Shown piece after piece: positions 27,667 to 36,681 of a DNA stretch of 64,000 bases. The notes under the pieces are model-generated. The model had not been told where the DNA came from. It made no database searches and saw only the letters and a list, made by a program, of their open reading frames with translations. Origin of the DNA: a virus; the IMG/VR virus record IMGVR_UViG_3300042452_000786, positions 1 through 64,000 of that record, one strand, 5' to 3'. Positions within the stretch are counted from its first letter, which is position 1, and every line of letters starts with the position of its first letter. The position numbers and the translations under genes are program-made.

Positions 27667-28563
27667 TCAGGAACCAAAAGCTCCTTTACCCTGCATCCCC
27701 TTAAGAACACCTAAGTTCTTCAAGAAATCTTCGGCTCGGTCGCCCACCGGCATCTGGGAAGACGCGTTCTGAGGGTTTGTTTTGGCAGCAGCCAGAGCAT
27801 TAGCTTGAAAGTACGGTGCGCTTACAGCTTGACCCTGGGTCATGGCGCCGCCGGGAAGCTCAAAAGGCTTCATGATAGGGTCTGTACCAGCAAGGGAGCT
27901 GGTGTCAAAGCCACCTGCAGCGTAGTCGGCGGCTTCTGGTTGTGCGGTCGTGCCAAGGAGTTGAGAAGCTTTACCGCTCTTGGCGTACTCACGCTGAGCC
28001 AGCATGGGGTTAGCTCGGGCCCACTCAGCCATTGGTCCCTGGTAACCCATGGCAGAGATGATCTCCTCCATGTTCCCACGGCCTGCAGCGCTCTGAGAGC
28101 GGTAGTAGCTTGCCAGGGGAGTGTCGGTCGGAGCTTTTGTCTGGCCCGCTAACGCCTGCATAGCCGCAAGGTCCTTGGGGGCTCCAGCGCCACGGGAAGC
28201 AGCACCAAAATAAGGATCCATTTCGCTGCTGCCGAAGTAGCGATCAAATTGACCCTGAGGATTCAAAGCGTATTGCTTGTAGAGATCGGATTGAGTGCGG
28301 TCAGGTGTTACGCCGTCACGGGTGCCACGAACAATGGGAGTGGGGCGTTGCCCAGGAAATCCTGCACCTGCACGAAAATTCTCTGCTGCCTGTCCAGCCG
28401 CTAACTCAGCCTGTTTGTAGTTAGTGGGAAGGTTGCGGACGCCAGGTTGCCACATTTTGTCGGGGCGATCAGTTAAACCTTGCACACGATTTAACCAATC
28501 AACTGCATCTTGGAGTGGGCCCCAAGGCTTCCCACCTGTTGGACGACTAATAGGAACAGGCAT
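27667..28563 (-). CDS. Ala/Gly/Gln-rich disordered protein (possible internal virion protein)
   Basis: 298-aa ORF; amino-acid composition. Confidence 0.6.
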   Translation of the reverse strand: MPVPISRPTGGKPWGPLQDAVDWLNRVQGLTDRPDKMWQPGVRNLPTNYKQAELAAGQAAENFRAGAGFPGQRPTPIVRGTRDGVTPDRTQSDLYKQYALNPQGQFDRYFGSSEMDPYFGAASRGAGAPKDLAAMQALAGQTKAPTDTPLASYYRSQSAAGRGNMEEIISAMGYQGPMAEWARANPMLAQREYAKSGKASQLLGTTAQPEAADYAAGGFDTSSLAGTDPIMKPFELPGGAMTQGQAVSAPYFQANALAAAKTNPQNASSQMPVGDRAEDFLKNLGVLKGMQGKGAFGS

Positions 28564-28612
28564 TTAATTACAACAATCCTTTCTTACAATAATAGTATCG
28601 ATAAACGTAACA

Positions 28613-28801
28613 ATGGACGTTCTTCAAACTTTTGATAACGGAACAACAATTGAATTTGGTGAAGATAATCACGGCAACCAAGTTCATCGCATCTGTACTC
28701 CCAGTGGGTCGATGTGCCGGTTTGCAGAGCCATACCACGTAGCACTCACCTATGCGCAGCAATACGAAGAGTTCTACGCGGTTAAGCCGGACTCAAAGTG
28801 A
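28613..28801 (+). CDS. hypothetical protein
   Basis: ATG ORF, TAGTAT upstream. Confidence 0.5.
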   Translation: MDVLQTFDNGTTIEFGEDNHGNQVHRICTPSGSMCRFAEPYHVALTYAQQYEEFYAVKPDSK

Positions 28802-28827
28802 GTCTTGTTGAGACAGACCTAAGAACT

Positions 28828-29164
28828 GTGTGGGTACTACTTGTGCCAGTACATTCTTAAAGTGCACGGCTATGTACTCTCACAGGTAGAACCCACACTC
28901 AGAAACCACCGCTTGGTCCGCCCCAAAGGGGCAGAAATTTGTCTTGAAATGGTAGCGTTGTGAACATTTCGGTGTTTGTGGTTCTCAAGAAATTGCTTTG
29001 TTTGGCTGAGATCCCTTGCGGTGCAAGGGCATCTGATAAACGACCAAGAGGAGTCAAGATTTCGGCTATTTCACTTCCCGTGTAATTTTGTGGGTACTAC
29101 TCTTGACCGTATATTGGAGGCCCAAAAAGCCAAAAATGTACGGGCACAGGGCTAACCCACAAAA
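28828..29164. repeat. pair of related long imperfect inverted repeats (28828-28898 and 29086-29164)
   Basis: Both start with TGTGGGTACTACT and end with ACCCACA. Confidence 0.8.
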
Positions 29165-29222
29165 AGTCTTCTAAGATAAAAAAGGCGTTTTTTTGACTCC
29201 TTTTGGTCGTTTATTAAAACCC

Positions 29223-29251
29223 TTGACACGACAGGGGTTTCGACCTACTCT
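29223..29251 (+). promoter_or_regulatory. sigma70-type promoter with -35 inside a palindrome
   Basis: TTGACA-17 nt-TACTCT; AAACCCTTG-N6-CAGGGGTTT overlaps the -35. Confidence 0.65.
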
Positions 29252-29272
29252 GCACTTGAACACTAAAACCTC

Positions 29273-30439
29273 ATGGAAATTCTGCGTTTTTTCTTTGAGT
29301 CCAGCCTGTCCAGCGATGATGCAGTGGCTTTTGCCAAAGCTGTTCAGATCTGCTTCCACACCCTTGGTGGCGACAGGTGTTGGTGTATGGACAAGAGCAA
29401 ACACTCTTCTTTTCAGGGGTTTGTCACCAGTCACGGTTCCCGGTTGCTCTACAAAAACCAAGACGCCAGACCGTTTCTTCTTGCTCTCAGCAACCGCTTC
29501 TACAGTGACGACAGGCCAGTTATTGTTCGCAGGTCCTGCTGCACCTCTAAGTACTGTCTGAACCCCTCCCACGTTTATTACGGCACCAGGAGCGACGTTG
29601 CGCTTGAAAACGAAACCAAAAAACCACAAGCAAAAAAACGCCGCACTGTGGTAACAGTAGAAATGGCGGAACAAATGCGTCAATGTCGAGACGCAGGTGA
29701 GACTATCCTGAAACTGTCAAGACGATACAAGCTGCCTTATCACGTTGCACGTCGCATCTGCAGTGAAAATGCATATTCCAGTTACAACGGAAACTTCAGT
29801 ACGAAATATTTAGAAAAGTTGTGGCAAAAAACGATTGAAAACTGCGTCGAAATTTGTAAGAATAATCCAGAAGCATCCCGCTCCTACAACCTGGCGTATC
29901 ACGTGTCAACTCATCTTGAATGCCCCTGGCACCGGAAAGGACAATCCAGTCACAAAGGCAACTTTGGCCTCATGGGAGAATGCCTGGACTGCATGGAAGA
30001 GATTAAGAAAGGACGCTGCACGGTTGATGTGCGGGAGTTTGATCTTGACTGGTATTGGCAGGTCAAGCGCTTCTGGGAACAGGTTGATATTAAATCCAAT
30101 GACGAGTGTTGGCCTTGGCGCGGAGCAACACGTCGGGACAACAAAGAATCGTTGGCGTATTTTCCGTCTCCTTTTCACTCGGGTAAAGTTCATTCCGCTC
30201 CCAGGGTTGCTTTTTGGTTGAGCCGTGGGTACACAGGCAAATATCGCGTCTTTAACAAAAATACGTGCGAGCCCTTTTGCTGCAACCCGTTGCACATTAC
30301 AATAAGGGAATTGAAAGGCTGCCCTGATCCAACGGGTATTGCCGATATACAACTGGTTCATACCAATGTCTTCCAGCACTACAGAAAAAATCTTCAGCAA
30401 GAGCAGTCAAATTCTGCCGTCGAACTACCACCTTCCTGA
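29273..30439 (+). CDS. protein with two degenerate His-Me (HNH-like) zinc-loop domains and a central HTH
   Basis: CWCM...KYCLNPSH and CWPWRG...PFCCNPLH. Confidence 0.7.
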   Translation: MEILRFFFESSLSSDDAVAFAKAVQICFHTLGGDRCWCMDKSKHSSFQGFVTSHGSRLLYKNQDARPFLLALSNRFYSDDRPVIVRRSCCTSKYCLNPSHVYYGTRSDVALENETKKPQAKKRRTVVTVEMAEQMRQCRDAGETILKLSRRYKLPYHVARRICSENAYSSYNGNFSTKYLEKLWQKTIENCVEICKNNPEASRSYNLAYHVSTHLECPWHRKGQSSHKGNFGLMGECLDCMEEIKKGRCTVDVREFDLDWYWQVKRFWEQVDIKSNDECWPWRGATRRDNKESLAYFPSPFHSGKVHSAPRVAFWLSRGYTGKYRVFNKNTCEPFCCNPLHITIRELKGCPDPTGIADIQLVHTNVFQHYRKNLQQEQSNSAVELPPS

Positions 30440-30704
30440 AAAACAATACGTCGGTTGCGTTCGCATCGGCCCCAAAAATTACTACACTCCTTACTACGCT
30501 TCAATTGATGAAGCTGCATTGGAGTTGCGTTGCTTGGAAAAACAACTCAGTTATGAGCTGATTAAAACTGTAGAGGAAGACGGCTTCTACCCTCATCGCG
30601 CTATACTTATAGAAGAAAAGTATCAACAATCCGGCAGGACTAATGGTCTATATACCGGATTGAACATGCAAGATGGCTCGTTATCTGTCGACAGTCCCGA
30701 ATAA
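30366..30704 (+). CDS. possible AP2-like DNA-binding protein
   Basis: YVGCVRIG.KNYY...Y.SIDEAA pattern. Confidence 0.4.
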   Translation: MSSSTTEKIFSKSSQILPSNYHLPEKQYVGCVRIGPKNYYTPYYASIDEAALELRCLEKQLSYELIKTVEEDGFYPHRAILIEEKYQQSGRTNGLYTGLNMQDGSLSVDSPE

Positions 30705-31347
30705 TCTAGGGTTTTTTAACCTAGGGACTGTACAAAGTTATCCAACGGGTGGAACAGGGCCGACAGCATATGGACCTACATCATATTTCGGTTCTGATCC
30801 ACTCCCTGCGAACGCTGGAGATAGCCTCTACACTGCTGTTGATCTGGGCAATTTTAGCTCTCCGTTCAGGTCTATAACAATAACCAACTCACATGGTGGC
30901 TTATCTCGGCGTCAAACAACATTTTACAGGCTGAGTTTAACGACACCTAGGGCTATTCAGTTTACCCAGAATTACAGCCAGTTTGCTTACACGGCAAACA
31001 CAAACAAGAACACCCTGGTAGCTTTCTATAAAATTGCAGAAGGCACAAAAAGAGTAGAGCTGCCAATCAACAACTTAGGTTACGTTTACAAAAGCACTGG
31101 TCTGGATTACGACAGCGAAGACGTTGATTATTCTGACTATCCAATTACCAGGCTCGACCCAGGGGAATACCTTTTTTTAATTACAAACGATATCCGTTAC
31201 TTAGAAACAACGTATTCGATTACATTAAACATTGCTTCAACCGACTGGCGTTATGTATATGAAGGCGTTGATGATGCGCTTGACTTTGGCTTAGTAACAG
31301 AAGCGCTAAACACAGAAAGTGTTGACTTTGGTCTTATCAGGTCTTAA
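30673..31347 (+). CDS. beta-rich hypothetical (possibly structural) protein
   Basis: T/S/Y-rich; LDPGEYLFLI; C-terminal DFGL repeats. Confidence 0.55.
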   Translation: MARYLSTVPNNLGFFNLGTVQSYPTGGTGPTAYGPTSYFGSDPLPANAGDSLYTAVDLGNFSSPFRSITITNSHGGLSRRQTTFYRLSLTTPRAIQFTQNYSQFAYTANTNKNTLVAFYKIAEGTKRVELPINNLGYVYKSTGLDYDSEDVDYSDYPITRLDPGEYLFLITNDIRYLETTYSITLNIASTDWRYVYEGVDDALDFGLVTEALNTESVDFGLIRS

Positions 31348-31371
31348 GCTGTACTGAAATTCAGCAATGCC

Positions 31372-31626
31372 ATGAAAGTCATCACTGTGCAGAAACTTCA
31401 AGAGGATCTTGAGGCAATCCTGGATGACGTGTCAGACAACAAAGCTATCTATAAAATCCAAACCGAAAACGGCGATCTTATTTTGATGCCTTACGACCAC
31501 TACGAAGTAATGGCAGACGCATACAAAGAATGGGTTGACGAACCTAAAAGTAGTTTAAAAGAGGAATTCGACCCTTATCCTTTGCCTGTTATGTATGTTG
31601 ACGATGCTGAACCTAAACCGCTTTAA
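31372..31626 (+). CDS. Phd/YefM-family antitoxin-like protein
   Basis: MKVITVQKLQEDLEAILDDV....I......LILMPYDHYE. Confidence 0.7.
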   Translation: MKVITVQKLQEDLEAILDDVSDNKAIYKIQTENGDLILMPYDHYEVMADAYKEWVDEPKSSLKEEFDPYPLPVMYVDDAEPKPL

Positions 31627-31647
31627 CTGTTAAACCTACACCAATTT

Positions 31648-32289
31648 TTACATAGCCCAGATAGTTGCATTCGTGTTTTTGCCGAGAGCTGGAACTTTTC
31701 TCGCGCCTCTTGCAATGTACCAAGCATCGCTTCCCATCGGAGGCTCAGGAGCAGGAGCAGGAGCAGGAGCAGGCGGGGGCGGAGGCTCAGGAGCAGGTGC
31801 AGGAGCGGGTGCAGGAGCAGGAGCCGGTGCAGGTGCAGGAGCAGGCGGTTTCCTTTCTTCTTCAACCTTTTCTACAGCTCTACCGTATTCTTTTTGTGCT
31901 GCTGTTAACTGCTCTCTTGCAACATTAGCTGCTTCTTTAAACATGTTCTCCCATTCAACTTGCTGACCTCCTTGAGGTTGCTCGGTGCCTTCTTTTTGTT
32001 GCGCAAAAGGTTGCTTAGCTTCTTTTAAGTATCTGTCGCCAGTTGGAAGCGAGCTGAGATAAGAAGCAATTTCTTGAGTGCGACGACCAGCTTGCCTTGC
32101 ACCTAATTCAGCAGGAGTACCAACTTCTTTATACCGCTCTCCCAGGGCAACTTGTGTATCCGCTTTAATACGACCAAGTCTTTCCTCTAAACGTTTATAA
32201 TCTTCTTCAGGCACAATGCTCCGATACACCGTAGCAGAGGTTGGCGACGGCATGTAAACCGTTGGTGCGCTTGGGCTAGATCCACCCAT
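31648..32289 (-). CDS. Pro-Ala repeat protein (possible virion protein)
   Basis: MGGSSPSAP N-terminus; (PA)n tract near the C-terminus. Confidence 0.7.
   Translation of the reverse strand: MGGSSPSAPTVYMPSPTSATVYRSIVPEEDYKRLEERLGRIKADTQVALGERYKEVGTPAELGARQAGRRTQEIASYLSSLPTGDRYLKEAKQPFAQQKEGTEQPQGGQQVEWENMFKEAANVAREQLTAAQKEYGRAVEKVEEERKPPAPAPAPAPAPAPAPAPAPEPPPPPAPAPAPAPEPPMGSDAWYIARGARKVPALGKNTNATIWAM
31744..31846. repeat. hexamer tandem repeat (GCAGGA)n encoding Pro-Ala
   Basis: Seen directly. Confidence 0.9.
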
Positions 32290-32345
32290 TTTTTTTACTT
32301 GACACGTACTTCTATACTGATTTTACTGTCGATGAATCCGTACAG

Positions 32346-32750
32346 ATGCTGAAGACCGACGAGTCCCAGCGGTCCCAAGATGAGAACCAGGAGAAGTTCA
32401 GCCCAAGTGATTCGGCGCATGGTAATTGTTATCCCTATCTGAACGAGTTTAGCGAATTTATCTCTGGAGTGTCCATTGATGCGTTGAAATACAAGTTGAT
32501 GACACACCGTCAACGTTTAACTGCAGAAGCAATGTGGGCAGCAAACAACTACGGTGGATCAAAAGCCAATTGCGCAAAACACCTAAAAGAAATTTACGGC
32601 CCTCGCTGGTACAAAGTAGTAAAAATAGAGGATTACATGGAGCCAGTCAGACTGTACTACGAATATGTTTTGATACTGGCGCACCAAAACCAGTGGAATA
32701 AACGCCAAGAATTGGCTAAGCTAATCGAAAGCAAGGCGACCGAGGTTTGA
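32346..32750 (+). CDS. hypothetical protein
   Basis: ATG ORF in the + run. Confidence 0.5.
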   Translation: MLKTDESQRSQDENQEKFSPSDSAHGNCYPYLNEFSEFISGVSIDALKYKLMTHRQRLTAEAMWAANNYGGSKANCAKHLKEIYGPRWYKVVKIEDYMEPVRLYYEYVLILAHQNQWNKRQELAKLIESKATEV

Positions 32751-32751
32751 A

Positions 32752-33336
32752 TTGGAGTCCGTAGATTGGCTGGATGTATTGGATCGTACAGAGTACGAGC
32801 CTGTTTCTGGCAGCATAAATACATACCAGAGCTACCGGTTTTCCAATTTAAACATCGAGGAAGTAACAGTAGACAACTACGAAGATAAACTTGTTCCATC
32901 GTTGGCTGAACAAGTCAGTATGTTCATTCCACCATCTGGTAGCTTTGAAACTCCCGACTTAAGTCGATACTTAGAACTTGTTTGCAGTTACGAGACAAGC
33001 ACTGCAGACATTGTTTTTGGTTTATCTTTGGCTGACCAAATTCGGTTGACGTTCAGCGATATGAAAACCAGTACAATTTGCGACCGTTACCCAGAAATCA
33101 ACTTGGCTGAAAAACGAAGGTATCGTTGTGTTGCTGAGTACCTGATTCGCCAGGGGGAACTGACCAAACTACGAGATGAAAACGGGAAACTCATCAAGAA
33201 AATTGGTAACATGCAAAAAGCTGTTGTGCTTTACAAGCCGTTACCAAAACTGCTTGAAACCTTAAAGAAATCAGGACTCGGTCACCTTATCAAGAAAAGC
33301 CAGAAATCCGAACTGGAAGTTAATGCAGAATCTTGA
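32752..33336 (+). CDS. hypothetical protein (possible winged helix)
   Basis: 194-aa ORF. Confidence 0.6.
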   Translation: MESVDWLDVLDRTEYEPVSGSINTYQSYRFSNLNIEEVTVDNYEDKLVPSLAEQVSMFIPPSGSFETPDLSRYLELVCSYETSTADIVFGLSLADQIRLTFSDMKTSTICDRYPEINLAEKRRYRCVAEYLIRQGELTKLRDENGKLIKKIGNMQKAVVLYKPLPKLLETLKKSGLGHLIKKSQKSELEVNAES

Positions 33337-33766
33337 TAAACTAAATCAACTGGAAAAAACCATGAGCACACGCCGCAAAGAAATGATTGCAAAAATGCTG
33401 TTGTCAGCCCCAACTGAAACAGAACAAGCAATGATGAAAGTTGCTATCGAGCGCATCTGCGCCGATATGTGCGAATATTTCAGAGGGTTTTACAGCATTG
33501 AAGGCCCCGGAGCAATGGTGTATGTTCCAGAAGCAGACGAAAAGGATAGCATGTTTTATTTGACAGTTGAGTGCTTAATGAACGCACTTACTGATTTCAA
33601 TAAACGAGATATGGAAGGTCCAGCAGAGATAATGAAAAAAGCTATTGCACGCGCAGAATCTATTGAACCAGACAAAGAATCTCTTTTTATCATTCAAGAT
33701 GCGCAACAAATGTCCTTGATTCATTACAAACATGACAACCAAGAACACAGCTTTATGCGGATGTGA
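33323..33766 (+). CDS. hypothetical protein
   Basis: Coupled ORF. Confidence 0.6.
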   Translation: MQNLDKLNQLEKTMSTRRKEMIAKMLLSAPTETEQAMMKVAIERICADMCEYFRGFYSIEGPGAMVYVPEADEKDSMFYLTVECLMNALTDFNKRDMEGPAEIMKKAIARAESIEPDKESLFIIQDAQQMSLIHYKHDNQEHSFMRM

Positions 33767-34389
33767 ACAAACCAAAAATTCCGTGGCATGAATACAAGAA
33801 TTTTCTTGGCCGTGTAAAACACATTACTCATGATTGGCTCACCCCAGTTGATTATTTACCTTATATTGACGCATTACTTGGTGATATTGATCTTGATCCT
33901 TGTTCAACACATCATGCAAATGCGCAATTTTTAAGGGCAAGAAAAGTTTACACCCTAAAAGAAGACGGTCTGAACATCAATGAACCTTGGACTGGTAAGG
34001 TTTATCTGTTTCCACCAACCTATGGTCGCTGTTCTTTCAGTAAAGAACGTGGTACATGGCGCTGGAGTATGAGAGCTTCAGGAGTTTCAAAAGCTCCTTC
34101 AGTTATTTGGTTTAGGCGCTTGCTAAAAGAGTGGAAGCTTCGGAATATCAGCGAAGCTTTGTTTTATACTATCTACCCAGAAATGCTAAGGGTGTGCCCA
34201 GAGGTGTGGGATTATCCGATGTGTTTCCCAAAAGACCGAGCAAATCTAGTTCACGGACACAAGTTATTTACTTTGAAAGCCCCTGTCCATTGGGGGTACT
34301 TCATCTATTTACCTCCAATGGATCTTGGCTCAAATCAGATAGAGAAATTTGACGAAATTTTTTCGCACATTGGCAAGGTTATTTACTAG
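33763..34389 (+). CDS. phage Dam-like N6-adenine methyltransferase homolog with altered catalytic motif
   Basis: DWLTP, DLDPCS, DGL...W; motif IV reads FPPTY instead of NPPY. Confidence 0.7.
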   Translation: MNKPKIPWHEYKNFLGRVKHITHDWLTPVDYLPYIDALLGDIDLDPCSTHHANAQFLRARKVYTLKEDGLNINEPWTGKVYLFPPTYGRCSFSKERGTWRWSMRASGVSKAPSVIWFRRLLKEWKLRNISEALFYTIYPEMLRVCPEVWDYPMCFPKDRANLVHGHKLFTLKAPVHWGYFIYLPPMDLGSNQIEKFDEIFSHIGKVIY

Positions 34390-34600
34390 CCCTGAACGAG
34401 TTTTTAAACGAATACGTTCCATCACCAGGACCAGCAACTACGAAACGGTCTTCCGATGCTCTTTCCTGACCTAAACGGTCAGCAATTTTACGACGCTTGA
34501 TGTAACTGGCAACAAACTGCTTGCTTGTTTTGTTGTCGACAGCACGTTTTGTTTCTGCGTACCTTGCGTCAACGTCGTATGTTTGGCTAAGCTGTTGCAT
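34379..34600 (-). CDS. hypothetical protein
   Basis: TAGAAT 6 nt upstream of ATG (leaderless). Confidence 0.55.
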   Translation of the reverse strand: MQQLSQTYDVDARYAETKRAVDNKTSKQFVASYIKRRKIADRLGQERASEDRFVVAGPGDGTYSFKNSFRASK

Positions 34601-34620
34601 AGAAGTATTCTAGACCCACC

Positions 34621-34908
34621 ATGGCTTGCGGAGAAGCAACAGCCCATCAAATCTGTACTGTCTGCGATTCGGTTAAAAACTTGCTGCTGGACAAGAACAA
34701 AAAATATGGAGACTCAGCGTTAAACCCTGTTCGTATTTTCAGTCAAGCAACTGAAATTGAACAACTTCTTGTGCGTATCGACGACAAGCTAAGCCGCATC
34801 CAGAAAGGAGCCGGTTTGGTTGCTAACGACGAAGACATCATTCAAGATCTAATTGGTTACTTGGTTTTGTTGAAAATTGCTACTTCTAAATTCGCTATTC
34901 GCAAATAG
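34621..34908 (+). CDS. nucleotide-modification-associated domain 1 (DUF1599-like)
   Basis: KNKKYGDS...VRIDDKLSRI...DIIQDLIGY. Confidence 0.8.
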   Translation: MACGEATAHQICTVCDSVKNLLLDKNKKYGDSALNPVRIFSQATEIEQLLVRIDDKLSRIQKGAGLVANDEDIIQDLIGYLVLLKIATSKFAIRK

Positions 34909-35007
34909 CGAATACAGGGATTGATTAAATGAATTACGAAGACTTCATTGAAAACTATCCTCTTGAATTGCAGTTAGTCGATGCTTTAGACCGTCTTAAT
35001 CCCTTTT

Positions 35008-35742
35008 CTACTGTTGCTGCGGAGACTGTTGACCACCTGGCTTCATGCTCCAGTAACGAAAAAATCTCCTCATTACCTCTCCAGATTCATCCCAAGCAGA
35101 AATCTTTCTCTCTAAATATTCAACAGCTTTAATTTGATACGGAGACCCATTCCAAGTCTCGCAAAGATTGAGCAAACAATACTTGTTTTCACAGGTGTGT
35201 TTGAAGTACGTCGTTATTTCCCTGTCTGGCTCCAGGTAAGTATTCAACTCTGCACGTCTACGCGCAACAACAATATCGCCACCTGACTGCCAAAGAGTGT
35301 TGATGTAAGGGCTCCACTCACGTATGATCTCTTTACGAGGAGCACCGCTATTAATCAACTGCAGAAGCCTGCTGTTTTTAAATGAAACAATTCCCAAGTT
35401 GTAAGCAAAACTTACAAGTGCGGCTTTTTTGTTATCGTTTAGCCTGACAAAAATGTACGGTTCCAGCTCTTTAGAAAACGCTTTTAAATCTTCTACCAGT
35501 TGTTTGTCAATTTTCTCTTTATCTGTTCTATCGTAAAAATTAACGGAGCGTTTTCCAAGTTTGCGGCTGCCGTATCCAATGCGCCAAAAATCTTCCCCAT
35601 ACAACTTGTATGCTGCATACCGGTTCATCCCAATGCAAGTTTGCGGGATCGTGTATTTTTTGATTAGGTCCACTCCTTTTTGCACCAGTAGCGGGTAGAC
35701 CGTTTTATTTTTCTCGTGTTCCTGTTCTTTTTTATGGGACAT
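35008..35742 (-). CDS. GH24 lysozyme-like protein lacking the catalytic Glu
   Basis: GVDLIKKY, IGYG, ALVSFAYNLG, RRRAE; no FEG. Confidence 0.7.
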   Translation of the reverse strand: MSHKKEQEHEKNKTVYPLLVQKGVDLIKKYTIPQTCIGMNRYAAYKLYGEDFWRIGYGSRKLGKRSVNFYDRTDKEKIDKQLVEDLKAFSKELEPYIFVRLNDNKKAALVSFAYNLGIVSFKNSRLLQLINSGAPRKEIIREWSPYINTLWQSGGDIVVARRRAELNTYLEPDREITTYFKHTCENKYCLLNLCETWNGSPYQIKAVEYLERKISAWDESGEVMRRFFRYWSMKPGGQQSPQQQ

Positions 35743-36118
35743 TCACTGATGCTACGTAGCTTACTTCAGAGTAGGCATCTAGCTCTAAAATGACAACGTA
35801 ATTTTTAGTAGCGTCTGTTACAGTAACGCCGACGGCTCCTTTTCCTTTGCCATCTTTTGCAATGTTAGTAAACTTTTTATATCCAGTTGGAGCAGTGCTT
35901 GCTGTGTAAGCATCTTCTTGAAAAATTTCTACTGTGTTAACGCCAGAGGTTTTAACCATGTTTACCGTGATGTCTCCAGTAGAACCTGGATCGATTCTGA
36001 ATGCACGAAAACTTAAGCCGCCGGTAGAGCCAGCCGTGCTGTTACCAAGATAAGTGATTTCACTACCTGCATTAACAAAAAAATTATCTAGTGTTGCAGT
36101 AATTGTGCGAATTGGCAT
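35732..36118 (-). CDS. beta-rich putative structural protein
   Basis: Amino-acid composition and gene context. Confidence 0.55.
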   Translation of the reverse strand: MPIRTITATLDNFFVNAGSEITYLGNSTAGSTGGLSFRAFRIDPGSTGDITVNMVKTSGVNTVEIFQEDAYTASTAPTGYKKFTNIAKDGKGKGAVGVTVTDATKNYVVILELDAYSEVSYVASVNVP

Positions 36119-36123
36119 GGCGG

Positions 36124-36339
36124 TTACGAGACTTGTCCTAAGGTAGAAAAATTAAAATTGATGTTGGCATCAATCCCATGATCCTTGAGAATGCCTAAAA
36201 ACATTTGACGATCAAGTGCTTTTTGGTGAAGGATCTCAATAAACGCTTCTTCCAGTTCATCCCTATCTAGGTTTTGAATTGCAAGGGCAGCAGCGTGGAT
36301 TGAAAACTCCACATCCATTGGAAGGCCTACAGCGTCCAT
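36124..36339 (-). CDS. nblA: phycobilisome degradation protein NblA
   Basis: LPMDVEFSIH.....IQNLDRDELEEAFIEILHQK...RQMF.GILK fits the NblA two-helix pattern. Confidence 0.75.
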   Translation of the reverse strand: MDAVGLPMDVEFSIHAAALAIQNLDRDELEEAFIEILHQKALDRQMFLGILKDHGIDANINFNFSTLGQVS

Positions 36340-36385
36340 GGTTGATCTGAACCGTGTACCTATCCTAACAGCGCTGAATTAAACA

Positions 36386-36544
36386 TCAACAAGAAGGCCG
36401 AACCATTTCTGGGAGCGGGCGATAGGTTTGATCCACTGCAAAATGCGGATCATCAAATGCGCCGTCAAAAACTTTTTCAGAGTTGTCAGGGAATAGTGAC
36501 GTTACGTATTTTTGCAGGTGGTCTTTTGGTGTAATGTGATCCAT
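36386..36544 (-). CDS. small hypothetical protein (52 aa, not in ORF track)
   Basis: Translated by hand: MDHITPKDHLQKYVTSLFPD... Confidence 0.4.
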   Translation of the reverse strand: MDHITPKDHLQKYVTSLFPDNSEKVFDGAFDDPHFAVDQTYRPLPEMVRPSC

Positions 36545-36681
36545 GGATTTGCAAGATTTTTCGGATGTAAACAGAACTCATCCCGTAAGCACTCAAAAAA
36601 GCTACGGCAAAAGTTAAGACAACAGGTTCCACTTGAAAGTCGCCTTTAAACTACTATATTGTAAACAGCCTGAGACCCTGA

